Assembly: GCF_000018105.1 (NCBI RefSeq)
Contig: NC_009925.1
Location: 2,190,001-2,222,000 of the forward strand
DNA length: 32,000 bases
Source: Acaryochloris marina MBIC11017
GTDB lineage: Bacteria; Cyanobacteriota; Cyanobacteriia; Thermosynechococcales; Thermosynechococcaceae
Reading direction: 5' to 3'
Each line of letters begins with the position of its first letter. Position 1 is the stretch's first letter. Shown here piece by piece: positions 11,215 to 19,711 of the stretch. The notes beneath the pieces are model-generated. The model saw nothing but the letters and a program-made list of their open reading frames with translations, did no database searches and had not been told where the DNA came from. The translations under genes and the position numbers were made by a program.

Positions 11215-12519
11215 ATGAAAACCGTTGCGCTCGTTGATACCAATCATGGCAGAGGGCATCATCTCACGTATATGCGTTTCTTCAGTAAGACACTGTTAGA
11301 AATGGGATATCGAGTCATGTCCTTTTATCCACAGCCAGATGATATCTTGCCGTGGATTCAAGAAAATTGTCCCGAAGGGGTGGAAAATTTTCATGCCTTC
11401 GAAATGCAGGAATATCAATGGCAGGAACTCCCCGTGGTGGGTCAGTTACCCAAGCTGTTTCCGCAATGGACCCGCTGGCCTCAGCCCGTTCTAATCTTAG
11501 GGCGCTGGCAAAAAACGGCTGCCGTTATTCAAGACGCAGCTGACCAGATTGGTTATGAACCTGATTTAGTCTTTCTCAACTGGTTAGACAACTATTTAAG
11601 CTACTACTTAAGTGGCTCCATGATTGATTGGGTCTTTCCCTATCCCTGGTCTGGCCTGTATTTTCGACCCGCAACCTATCGGTTTGGTCAACGATATCTA
11701 CCGATCCTGAAAACGCCCCTATCTCATCTCGCAGTTGCGAACGCCGATCGTTGTCAGGCAATCACCCTACTGGACGAATATGAAGCTGAAAACCTTCAGT
11801 CGGATGTCCACAACAAACCCGTGATTGCATTTCCTGACTTTACCGACATTACTCCCCCAGATTTGACCTATTCTTTAGCAAAAGATATCAAAGCCAAGGC
11901 CGGTAATCGCACCATTGTGGGACTGTTTGGTGCTCTGAGTAAGCGCAAGGGACTCCTAACCTTATTAGAGGCGGCCCAACAGTGTGACCCAGAAGAGTTT
12001 TTCTTTGTCTTTGCGGGGTCACTTTCAAAGGCGATGTTTCATCAAGACTATTCAACTCGGTTGAATGACGACTATGAAACGGTACAAAAGATCGTTGAAT
12101 CCTCTCCTTCAAACTGTCTCTTTCATTTGGAATTTATTCCAGGCGAACCTCAGTTTAATGCCCTCGTCAATCGCTGTGATGTTATTTTCTCGGCCTATGA
12201 AAACTTTCCCTATAGCAGTAACGCCCTCGTCAAAGCTGCCGCCTTTAAAAAATTGGTAATGGCCAGTGAGGGATATTGCATGGGTAAACGGGTCGAGCAG
12301 TTTCAATTAGGCGTGACTATCCCTGAAGGGGATGTGGGTGCCTGTTTGCAAGGTCTGAAGGACCTCAAGATCCGGTTAGCCCAACCCAATACGGACCGTC
12401 AGCCAGACTTTGAAGGGTATTGCCAGCAACACTCTTTACAACAACTGGCTAATTCCTTTGAAGATGTCCTAAATCTCGTCTCTGTTCACCCAAAACAGTC
12501 GGCAACGAGAGTGCCATAG
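11215..12519 (+). CDS. glycosyltransferase, GT-B fold (GT4-like, divergent)
   Basis: 'IVGLFGALSKRKGLLTLLEAA', 'FVFAGS' and 'CDVIFSAY....SSNALVKAAAFKKLVMAS' follow the Glycos_transf_1 layout. The ATG at 11215 is preferred over the TTG at 11197. Confidence 0.5.
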   Translation: MKTVALVDTNHGRGHHLTYMRFFSKTLLEMGYRVMSFYPQPDDILPWIQENCPEGVENFHAFEMQEYQWQELPVVGQLPKLFPQWTRWPQPVLILGRWQKTAAVIQDAADQIGYEPDLVFLNWLDNYLSYYLSGSMIDWVFPYPWSGLYFRPATYRFGQRYLPILKTPLSHLAVANADRCQAITLLDEYEAENLQSDVHNKPVIAFPDFTDITPPDLTYSLAKDIKAKAGNRTIVGLFGALSKRKGLLTLLEAAQQCDPEEFFFVFAGSLSKAMFHQDYSTRLNDDYETVQKIVESSPSNCLFHLEFIPGEPQFNALVNRCDVIFSAYENFPYSSNALVKAAAFKKLVMASEGYCMGKRVEQFQLGVTIPEGDVGACLQGLKDLKIRLAQPNTDRQPDFEGYCQQHSLQQLANSFEDVLNLVSVHPKQSATRVP

Positions 12520-12625
12520 GATACTTTGATCAATCATCTTTTGAATGGAGGAATATTCGTTTAGACCATAAATTGACCATAGATTTAAAGACACTTGCTT
12601 GCTATAGCGTGAGGACAAAGGAATC

Positions 12626-13714
12626 GTGGTAGTTATTGAAAAAGTTCAATCTCTTTTTGTCAGTAAACCCTCGCAACCTGCGAAGAAGATCCATGCTCTA
12701 GATGGCATTAGAGGATTTGCAATTCTGTTCGTTTTTTTTGATCACGCCAAAGGACAAGGACTAGAGCTTTTTCCAATACTGAATCCTGATGGATTTGGTA
12801 AAGCAGGGGTATATCTGTTCTTTGTGTTAAGTAGTTTTTTACTAGCTGGACAATTCTTTCGAGAGGACTGCGACTTAGGTCGTTTATCTCTATGGGGTAG
12901 TTATGCACTCAAACGAGTCTTACGGATCTACCCACTTTATATCTGCATTATGTTGCTCTATGGCATCGTACCTAGTTTTAAATACCAGGGTTCAGATGTC
13001 CTGAGTCATCTATTTTTACAGGAAGGGAAGGATCAATTTTGGGCCATCCCCGTTGAATTTAAGTTTTACCTCTTCTTACCTGTATTGATGTGGCTGATTG
13101 TCAAAGTTTTGAAGAAGAACCTAGGGCTAACGACTTTATTCTTAGCGGCCGTGGGTAGTACCAGTTTTCTGGTGACGATTAACCCTCCTGAAGTCGCGAG
13201 GATCTCCCTGGTTAAGTATTTACCGATTTTTCTCTTTGGTATACTCGCGGCACTGATCCATGCCAAACTCCAGAAACAGCCGCAGCTCCAGGATTCGTCT
13301 GTATTTGGCAATATTGCAGAAAGTATGGCAATCCTCAGTTTGATGGCGACGGTGGGTTTGATTGTTGCTTTGAGAGCCCAACCCGACTGGTGGATCTTGC
13401 AGCAAAGTTGGTCCGACCGGCTGGTCTTTATTGCCTTTGGGGGACTATGGTCATTATTTATGGTGGCCCAGCTCCACGGTCGCGGTCTGATTCGGGGCAT
13501 CTTAAGCCATCCCATTATTCGATTTGTGGGAACGATAAGTTTTAGTATGTACCTTTGGCATATGGCACTGATTGGCTATACCAATGCCCATCTCAATCTG
13601 GCCCAACCGATTAAATTCTCGATTATTTTGGCGATCACATTTGGGATATCTATTATGAGTTTTTTCGTAATTGAGCGTCCCTTCTTTCGCTTAAAGAAGT
13701 ACCTTCCCCAATAG
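12626..13714 (+). CDS. acyltransferase family 3 (AT3/OafA-like) integral membrane O-acyltransferase
   Basis: 'LDGIRGFAILFVFFDH' N-terminal AT3 motif, roughly 10 hydrophobic segments, 'FSMYLWH' near the C-terminus, GTG start. Confidence 0.8.
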   Translation: MVVIEKVQSLFVSKPSQPAKKIHALDGIRGFAILFVFFDHAKGQGLELFPILNPDGFGKAGVYLFFVLSSFLLAGQFFREDCDLGRLSLWGSYALKRVLRIYPLYICIMLLYGIVPSFKYQGSDVLSHLFLQEGKDQFWAIPVEFKFYLFLPVLMWLIVKVLKKNLGLTTLFLAAVGSTSFLVTINPPEVARISLVKYLPIFLFGILAALIHAKLQKQPQLQDSSVFGNIAESMAILSLMATVGLIVALRAQPDWWILQQSWSDRLVFIAFGGLWSLFMVAQLHGRGLIRGILSHPIIRFVGTISFSMYLWHMALIGYTNAHLNLAQPIKFSIILAITFGISIMSFFVIERPFFRLKKYLPQ

Positions 13715-13876
13715 CCCAATTCATTTCAGTAGCCGGATGCCTAGGGTGAAGCTGGAGCACTTTGAGGTAATGTCATGCTGATGGGTGCAGTTAGGTTGGG
13801 AGAATGCTCAGACCCATCGCCTCACCTTTACATCTCTTGCTTGTTCTTATAGGACCCTAGAAAAACTAAAGCGTCT

Positions 13877-15112
13877 ATGAAATCTCTCTTATTGAGTACA
13901 TCTGACATTGAAGGCGGGGCTGCGAGAGCAGCATACCGACTGCATCAAGGGCTACTGGCCATTGGCCATGACTCCCAAATGTTAGTTCGCGCCCGTTTCA
14001 GTGGCCAGAAGTCGGTCCTGGCTGAAAAGTCAGTATTAACTAAATTAGGGCCACCGATGAATGGATGGCCGTTAAAGCTAGGGTCCTATCAAACCAAAAC
14101 GCTTTTTTCGAGCCAATGGTTTCCAGATGCGATCGCAAAAAAAGTCGCCCAGCTCAAGCCTGATATCGTCAATATGCATTGGGTCTGCAATGGCTTTCTC
14201 AAAGTGGAAACCTTGCCCAAACTCAATAAGCCCTTGGTATGGACCCTGCAAGACATGTGGCCGTTTACGGGAGGATGCCACTATGCCGAGACCTGCGATG
14301 GCTACCAGGATACCTGCGGCAAATGCCCCCAACTCAATAGCCAAAAAGAGACGGATCTATCTCGAAAAATTTGGCAGCGTAAACATAAAGCTTGGCAAGA
14401 CATCAACCTAACCATCGTCACCCCCAGTCAGTGGATGGCGGATTGTGTCCGGGAGAGTTCGTTATTTGGCCATCGCCGAGTGGAGGTGATTCCCTTTTGT
14501 CTGGATGTGCAAAAGTATCGACCCGTCGATAAAGGCTTTAGCCGTGATTTGTTGGGGCTGCCTACAGACAAGCTGATCATTCTGTTTGGTGCTTTATCGG
14601 CCACTGCTGATTTACGGAAAGGATTTCACCTGCTCCAGCCCGCCCTGCAGAAATTGAGTCAGGCCGGATGGGCAGACCGGATTGAGGTGGCCATTTTTGG
14701 AGCAGATGCTCCTGCAGAACCCGTCGATTTAGGATTTAAGGCCCATTACCTGGGCAGCTTTGCCGATGATTTGAGTTTATCCATTGCCTATTCGGCGGCT
14801 GATGTCATGATTGTGCCCTCCCTCTACGAATCCTTTGGTCAAACCGCATCGGAAGGATTGGCCTGTGGCACCCCGGTGGTGGCCTTTAATGCTGCCGGGC
14901 AAAAAGATATTGTCAGCCATCAGGAAACAGGTTATCTGGTCAAACCCTATGAAGTCGATGATTTAGCCCACGGTATGGCCTGGGTCCTGGAAGATGCCGA
15001 TCGCCATCACAAATTATGTGAGCAAGCCCGCCAAGCCGCAGTCGATCGGTTTGCCCTAGAGATTCAAGCCCGACAGTATCGGTCTCTGTTTGAAGAGTTA
15101 TTGGTAGCTTAA
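13877..15112 (+). CDS. glycosyltransferase family 4
   Basis: 'SLYESFGQTASEGLACGTPVVAF..G..DIV.H..TGYLV' is the E-x7-E GT4 signature, and the N-terminal half is GT-B-like. Confidence 0.8.
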   Translation: MKSLLLSTSDIEGGAARAAYRLHQGLLAIGHDSQMLVRARFSGQKSVLAEKSVLTKLGPPMNGWPLKLGSYQTKTLFSSQWFPDAIAKKVAQLKPDIVNMHWVCNGFLKVETLPKLNKPLVWTLQDMWPFTGGCHYAETCDGYQDTCGKCPQLNSQKETDLSRKIWQRKHKAWQDINLTIVTPSQWMADCVRESSLFGHRRVEVIPFCLDVQKYRPVDKGFSRDLLGLPTDKLIILFGALSATADLRKGFHLLQPALQKLSQAGWADRIEVAIFGADAPAEPVDLGFKAHYLGSFADDLSLSIAYSAADVMIVPSLYESFGQTASEGLACGTPVVAFNAAGQKDIVSHQETGYLVKPYEVDDLAHGMAWVLEDADRHHKLCEQARQAAVDRFALEIQARQYRSLFEELLVA

Positions 15113-15176
15113 GCCCTCGAGTCCCTTGAGGGGATAGCGCTTTTGATGGATTAAATGCAAGTGTTTTCGGATCAAA

Positions 15177-16340
15177 ATGACAGAAAAATTGATTGAACAA
15201 GAAGCACCTAAACCGCGATTCTCTCTCCAAAGTCTATTTTTTGGTGCCCGTACGTCTAAAAGTTGGATGGCATCGCTGGATGGATTAAGGGGGATTGCGG
15301 TTCTCTTAGTGGTGGCAACCCATAGCAAGCGACTCCTGGGCCTACCTTGGGAGCAAATGTTCCTGGGGCATTATTTTCAGGCCGCAGGCACTATCTATGG
15401 CAGAACAGGGGTCTACATCTTTTTCATCTTAAGTAGCTTCCTGTTAACGAGCCACATGATGCGAGAGACGATTGAGCTTAAAAGCGCTAAAACCTGGATA
15501 AACTATGCTTTAAAACGATTTATACGCATATATCCGCTCTATCTTTTCGTTTTAGTCGTTTATTTAATTTTTCCGGGATTTAAGTTTGAACTGAAGGATC
15601 TAATATCCCATGTTCTACTACAAGAAGCGTTTAATCATTTTTGGACCATTGTCGTAGAGTTCAAATACTATTTGTTTTTCCCCTTCGTCGTGGGGATTAT
15701 TGTCCTGCTCTTCAAACGGGATTTTAAAGCGTCTACTCTCTTTTTACTCAGCGCCATTATCGTAACGGAGGGCGCTAATGTTGCGGTGGACTTCACGTCC
15801 AGATTATCCGTCCTCCCTCATATTCCGATTTTTCTGTTGGGCTCTTTGGCAGCCGTGGTCAATGCCAAGCTAACGGCGGTCTTTGACCCAGAAAATCCCA
15901 AACAGCGGCGATGGATGTCCATCCTGGCCAACACCTCCTTCGTGTTGATTGTGTTTAATTTTCCCAATCTAGTGAGTCGCCCCCTGTGGGATACCGTCTT
16001 TCAAGCCAACTATGTTCGTCTGTCCGCCAACCACGGGTTCTATACCTACCAAGCCATTCTGATCTGCGTTTTACTGGTGACCCATTTACATACGGATGGC
16101 TGGATCAAAAAAGTGTTAGAGAATGTGGCCCTGCGATTTGTAGGCATCGTTAGTTTTGGGGTATACCTCTGGCACATTGCAGTGCTCGGCTATTTGGAAT
16201 CTAAACTGAACGCCCCTGGCTATATCCAGTTTGCCAGTGTGTTCGTGGTGACCATCCTGTTGTCTGCGATCACGTATCTGTTATTTGAGAAACCTTTTAT
16301 GCGTATTAAACTTCGTCCCCAAATGATTAAGTCTTCCTAG
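15177..16340 (+). CDS. acyltransferase family 3 (AT3) O-acyltransferase, paralog of 12626-13714
   Basis: 'LDGLRGIAVLLVVATHS', and 'RIYPLYLF...Y...P.FK......SH.LLQE....FW.I.VEFKYYLF.P' aligns by eye with the first AT3. 'FGVYLWH' is present. The 3' end overlaps the convergent NACHT gene by 14 nt. Confidence 0.8.
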   Translation: MTEKLIEQEAPKPRFSLQSLFFGARTSKSWMASLDGLRGIAVLLVVATHSKRLLGLPWEQMFLGHYFQAAGTIYGRTGVYIFFILSSFLLTSHMMRETIELKSAKTWINYALKRFIRIYPLYLFVLVVYLIFPGFKFELKDLISHVLLQEAFNHFWTIVVEFKYYLFFPFVVGIIVLLFKRDFKASTLFLLSAIIVTEGANVAVDFTSRLSVLPHIPIFLLGSLAAVVNAKLTAVFDPENPKQRRWMSILANTSFVLIVFNFPNLVSRPLWDTVFQANYVRLSANHGFYTYQAILICVLLVTHLHTDGWIKKVLENVALRFVGIVSFGVYLWHIAVLGYLESKLNAPGYIQFASVFVVTILLSAITYLLFEKPFMRIKLRPQMIKSS

Positions 16341-19143
16341 GATCTTTAGGGTTCACCTTGATAGATGCACCCGCTTGCCAGAGGGCACGAAATTGCTCAA
16401 CGGATAATGCCTGGGACCAGTCCCACAGCAATTTGTAAACCGGCTGAGTCTGGGCCGACTGCTGAGATGTGATATATACCCCTTGAACCACAGTGAAAGC
16501 CTGTCGCCAGGTTGGGGACTCAGCATCCACCGTCATCAGACGGAGGTGTTTGCTGATCTGTTTGAGATGGTTTTTGCTCTGGGTTCTAGAGAAAATATCT
16601 AATAACACATCAATGGCCTCCCTATGGTGGGGCTGTATTGCCAAGAGCCGACCTGCATAGCGAATGCGAGTCTCCATCTTTCGGCTTTTCTGCAGTTTCT
16701 GTTCCAACACCTGAATAAGCTGTTGCGGCTTGAGGGGAGTTTTACGGGACCGACGATGTGAGTGCTTTACCGGTAGCGCTGAATGCTGAGGCGCCAATTT
16801 TTGCAAAGACTGTAGCGTTTGGTGACGGAGGGCAGGATCGTCAGTGAGTTGGAGGATATGTTCTAAAGTTTGGAGGGCCAAGGGTTGATCCGGTGCAATG
16901 ATACCCAGCCGATGGGCAGCCTTGCGACGCATCGCCAGAGAGTCATGGGACTGAATAATATCGTGTAAAGTTTGGAGGGCCTGGGGATGTCCCGGCTGAA
17001 TATCTGCAAGCGTCTTAGCCATCTCAATTTGCACATCGACGTTAGGCGCTTGGGTCAGCAGTTGTTCTAGGGTTGCGATCGCAACCCCATTCCCTGGATC
17101 ATAATTTTTGCCCAAGCTATGGGCCGCCAACCACTGCTCAAACGGATTCCGGGCATTTACCACAAACTGTTCAATGGCTTTGGTTACCAGGGTGCGATCG
17201 CTCTGGGACAACGCTTCCCCCGCAGGCTCAAGCCAAACAGTGGGTTTACCGTTCTGATGCTGAAATCGCCAATGGACCACCTCAGTGACTAACGCTTCTG
17301 AGCCAGCAAATTGGGGAAATTCTGCTAACCCCTTGGTCGCCAGCAGCTTCGCCTGGATATCGTAAAATCCACCACAGCCATCGGCAAAGTCTACCAGAGC
17401 TTGCAGAAACTGTACTTTATCCCCATCAGAAACGTCACTGCGCCCCAGCCATAGCAAGATCACTTCCTGCCATTGCCCACTAAAGATTGGGTGAAAGGTG
17501 GTTTCCGCTTGCTGATATTCAATAAACTGATGCAAATCTGCGATCGCTTGAGCTGCAAAATATTCCTGAAACGTGGCGTGATAAAAAGCGTAGACTTTAC
17601 CGCCTGTGGTGGGAGACCAGCCTGCGGGCTGTAGCCACCCTAACTGCAAGGCCAGAGTTAACTGATCAGGATCCAAATGTTGACTGATAAATATCACAGG
17701 TAGGCGAAACAATGGCGACGGTTGAGCCATTGCCTGCAACGCCAGGTGAGCTAGGGCTTGGTTGAGCTGCTGCCGCTGGGCCAAGCTGGTGGGGTGATGA
17801 TCCTGCTTCCAGTCGTAAAGGGCCTCGACAAACTGCCGATAGAGCATGGCCTTCGTTTCTGGCAATTGTTCTTGGGTGAGCTGCCAGGTTCGGCAGAGCA
17901 GAGCTAGGTGTAAGGGATTCTGAATCAGGGCTTTGAGTCGCCGCAGCTCGGGGCGATTAAGTTGGTGATACAGCGTATCGCCCGTTTGATCCTGAAACCA
18001 GTTTTGGATCACCGTTTGAACTTGATTTCCCCCTTGGCGATAGCTGAAGCTAAGGCTGCGATAGGGAGTGAAGGTTTCCAGAGCATTATGGCCCGCGTCC
18101 CAAAGTTGCGATCGCGAGGTCAGGATCACATGGGCCTCTCCCAGCCAGCCCTTGAGCTGCTTGGCTACAAAGGCCAACGCTTGGCTAGGCACCATCCCCA
18201 TTTCATCTACGGCATCCAGTAAAAGCCAGACCTTACCTGTAGCGAACTGCTGGGCAAAGGCTTGCTGCTGGCTTGGCGAAACGGTAAATACCTTCAGGGT
18301 TTGCTTGAGCCAAGTTTCTAGCAGGTATGTTTCTAGGGATTGACCCTCGAGATCGGCTAAAGAGATCCAAATCGGCAGCACCTGATCTTGGGCCAACAGT
18401 TTGAGAGCTAAGGTTTGCAACAGGGTCGTTTTGCCTGCCCCCGGTGGGCCAACGATGGCCACCCGCTGCACCGCTGATTGTGCCAGTAAAACCTCTAGAA
18501 ACTGATCAGGCTGATAGACCGTTGTCTCGGCGTCAGAATCACTGACTACATCCCCAGTTTGTTTAGCAACATCCGTTGGGTAGGCTACCAACCCCACCGG
18601 ACAATAGACATCTTTCAGGTCAAACGCCAATCCCGTATGGGCCGTCAGCGGATTAGTGGTTAGCCGAGTATCCAACGCCGCCTGACAGCAGGCTCTCCAG
18701 GGGCCTGCCTCTCTCTTCGGTTGGGATACCCCTCGATCCGGGCGCTGCTGATTCCAAACTTGGTCAAAGCTTTGCTGATTGGCTGCTTCTTCCCAGCGGT
18801 TATGGCACAGGGTCAAAGTGAAATGCCACTGATCCGACCCCCGCTGGCTGGTGCGGTGATCTTCCAGCATGCCCATAAAGGTTTGGAGATGTTTTAGCCC
18901 AGCTTTTACCTGCGCTAGGGTCAGCGGTGTCTCTAAATATTGGGTTAGGGCCACTAGATGCCGAGCCGTGGTCTGCACCACCAACCGCTGGTCCGTTTGC
19001 CAGTAGGTTTTGATCGTCCCCCGCAATCCTGCCAGGATCTTCTCGTCCTCAAGCTCTAGGGAATCATTGGCAAACTGCACCAAGCCCATCAGGAGGGTTT
19101 GGGTTCTGCGCCGGGTAATAGGGCCAAAACTTTGCTTGGGCAT
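16327..19143 (-). CDS. NACHT/STAND P-loop NTPase with C-terminal HEAT-type repeats and an uncharacterised N-terminal module
   Basis: Walker A 'VAIVGPPGAGKTTLLQTL', Walker B 'VWLLLDAVDEM' and the pre-NACHT 'LKDVYCPVGLV'. The C-terminus has repeated A..LG......A...L helical repeats (PBS-lyase HEAT-like). The ORF is 938 aa. Confidence 0.8.
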   Translation of the reverse strand: MPKQSFGPITRRRTQTLLMGLVQFANDSLELEDEKILAGLRGTIKTYWQTDQRLVVQTTARHLVALTQYLETPLTLAQVKAGLKHLQTFMGMLEDHRTSQRGSDQWHFTLTLCHNRWEEAANQQSFDQVWNQQRPDRGVSQPKREAGPWRACCQAALDTRLTTNPLTAHTGLAFDLKDVYCPVGLVAYPTDVAKQTGDVVSDSDAETTVYQPDQFLEVLLAQSAVQRVAIVGPPGAGKTTLLQTLALKLLAQDQVLPIWISLADLEGQSLETYLLETWLKQTLKVFTVSPSQQQAFAQQFATGKVWLLLDAVDEMGMVPSQALAFVAKQLKGWLGEAHVILTSRSQLWDAGHNALETFTPYRSLSFSYRQGGNQVQTVIQNWFQDQTGDTLYHQLNRPELRRLKALIQNPLHLALLCRTWQLTQEQLPETKAMLYRQFVEALYDWKQDHHPTSLAQRQQLNQALAHLALQAMAQPSPLFRLPVIFISQHLDPDQLTLALQLGWLQPAGWSPTTGGKVYAFYHATFQEYFAAQAIADLHQFIEYQQAETTFHPIFSGQWQEVILLWLGRSDVSDGDKVQFLQALVDFADGCGGFYDIQAKLLATKGLAEFPQFAGSEALVTEVVHWRFQHQNGKPTVWLEPAGEALSQSDRTLVTKAIEQFVVNARNPFEQWLAAHSLGKNYDPGNGVAIATLEQLLTQAPNVDVQIEMAKTLADIQPGHPQALQTLHDIIQSHDSLAMRRKAAHRLGIIAPDQPLALQTLEHILQLTDDPALRHQTLQSLQKLAPQHSALPVKHSHRRSRKTPLKPQQLIQVLEQKLQKSRKMETRIRYAGRLLAIQPHHREAIDVLLDIFSRTQSKNHLKQISKHLRLMTVDAESPTWRQAFTVVQGVYITSQQSAQTQPVYKLLWDWSQALSVEQFRALWQAGASIKVNPKDPRKT

Positions 19144-19317
19144 AGAGAACTTTCACGACAAAGTTAGGGGGTTCCCCTTAACTTAGATATCCCCCCTTAT
19201 TCTAGAACCCTAACCCTGTCCGCGTTTGACTCCAACTTTACGACATTGGAATCGGGGGAGAGACAGCCAGTAGATTAGGTTCAACGATAAGAAACGAGGT
19301 TACTTCAAGGCAAACAT

Positions 19318-19446
19318 GGACAGTTAGTTTAACGGTAGAACGTCTGTTATATGAATCTCCTGATTCACAACTTTATCCGTAAGGGTCGAAGAATTAGGGT
19401 TATCGCTAAGGAACAGAGGGTAGAGGTTCGAATCCTCTCCTGTCCA
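19318..19446 (+). ncRNA. tRNA-like RNA unit 1 (putative Y RNA / YrlA-like partner of Rsr)
   Basis: Acceptor GGACAGT/CCTGTCC (6 of 7 bp). D arm GTTT-AACGGTA-GAAC. Anticodon-position stem TCTGT(19343-47)/ACAGA(19413-17) enclosing a 65-nt insert. T arm AGAGG-TTCGAAT-CCTCT. No anticodon loop. Confidence 0.65.
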
Positions 19447-19458
19447 CACCACAGCCAC

Positions 19459-19580
19459 GGACGGATAGTTCAAAGGTAGAACGCCTTAACCCCCTTGTTC
19501 ATAACTTATCCGCAAGGGTCGAAGAATTAGGGTTATCGCCTATCATGCGGGAAATAGGGGTTCGAATCCCCTTCCGTCCA
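19459..19580 (+). ncRNA. tRNA-like RNA unit 2 (putative Y RNA / YrlA-like)
   Basis: Perfect 7-bp acceptor GGACGGA/TCCGTCC plus discriminator A. D arm GTTC-AAAGGTA-GAAC. T arm AGGGG-TTCGAAT-CCCCT. About 70 nt replaces the anticodon arm, including the conserved module 19506-19539. Confidence 0.65.
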
Positions 19581-19586
19581 TCCCCT

Positions 19587-19711
19587 GGAGTGGGTCGCTC
19601 AAACGGTAGAGCACCATTGATTGTCCGCAAGGGCCGCAGGAAATAAGGTTATCGCTTTTAACGACTTGTCCTTTATCCGTCGGGATGCGGGTTCGACTCC
19701 CGCTCCACTCC
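19587..19711 (+). ncRNA. tRNA-like RNA unit 3 (putative Y RNA / YrlA-like)
   Basis: Acceptor GAGTGGG/TCCACTC (one G-U pair). D arm GCTC-AAACGGTA-GAGC. T arm GCGGG-TTCGACT-CCCGC. The insert contains the conserved module 19621-19655 plus an extra ATCC-GTCG-GGAT hairpin. The unit ends about 55 nt before the rsr ATG. Confidence 0.65.

Noticed and set aside
17073-18343. Short + strand ORFs (17073-17288, 17962-18222, 18068-18343) within the NACHT gene
   Set aside because: They are antisense to a 938-aa ORF that has clear Walker motifs.
19226-19276. Promoter for the RNA array (TTGACT at 19226, TAGATT at 19271)
   Set aside because: The two hexamers are ~39 nt apart, and neither has a properly spaced partner. 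They cannot be supported without transcription start site data.
19373-19655. CRISPR-like array, since a ~34-nt conserved block is repeated three times at regular spacing
   Set aside because: The spacing of ~115-133 nt is too long. The 'spacers' are themselves conserved tRNA arms, the repeats are imperfect, and no cas genes are in the window.
19318-19711. Calling the three units genuine tRNA genes, possibly intron-containing
   Set aside because: No 7-nt anticodon loop or identifiable anticodon exists. The 55-70 nt inserts are far shorter than the cyanobacterial tRNA group I introns I know of (>200 nt). They also share a conserved module, which an intron would not need to place at this position in three different tRNAs.
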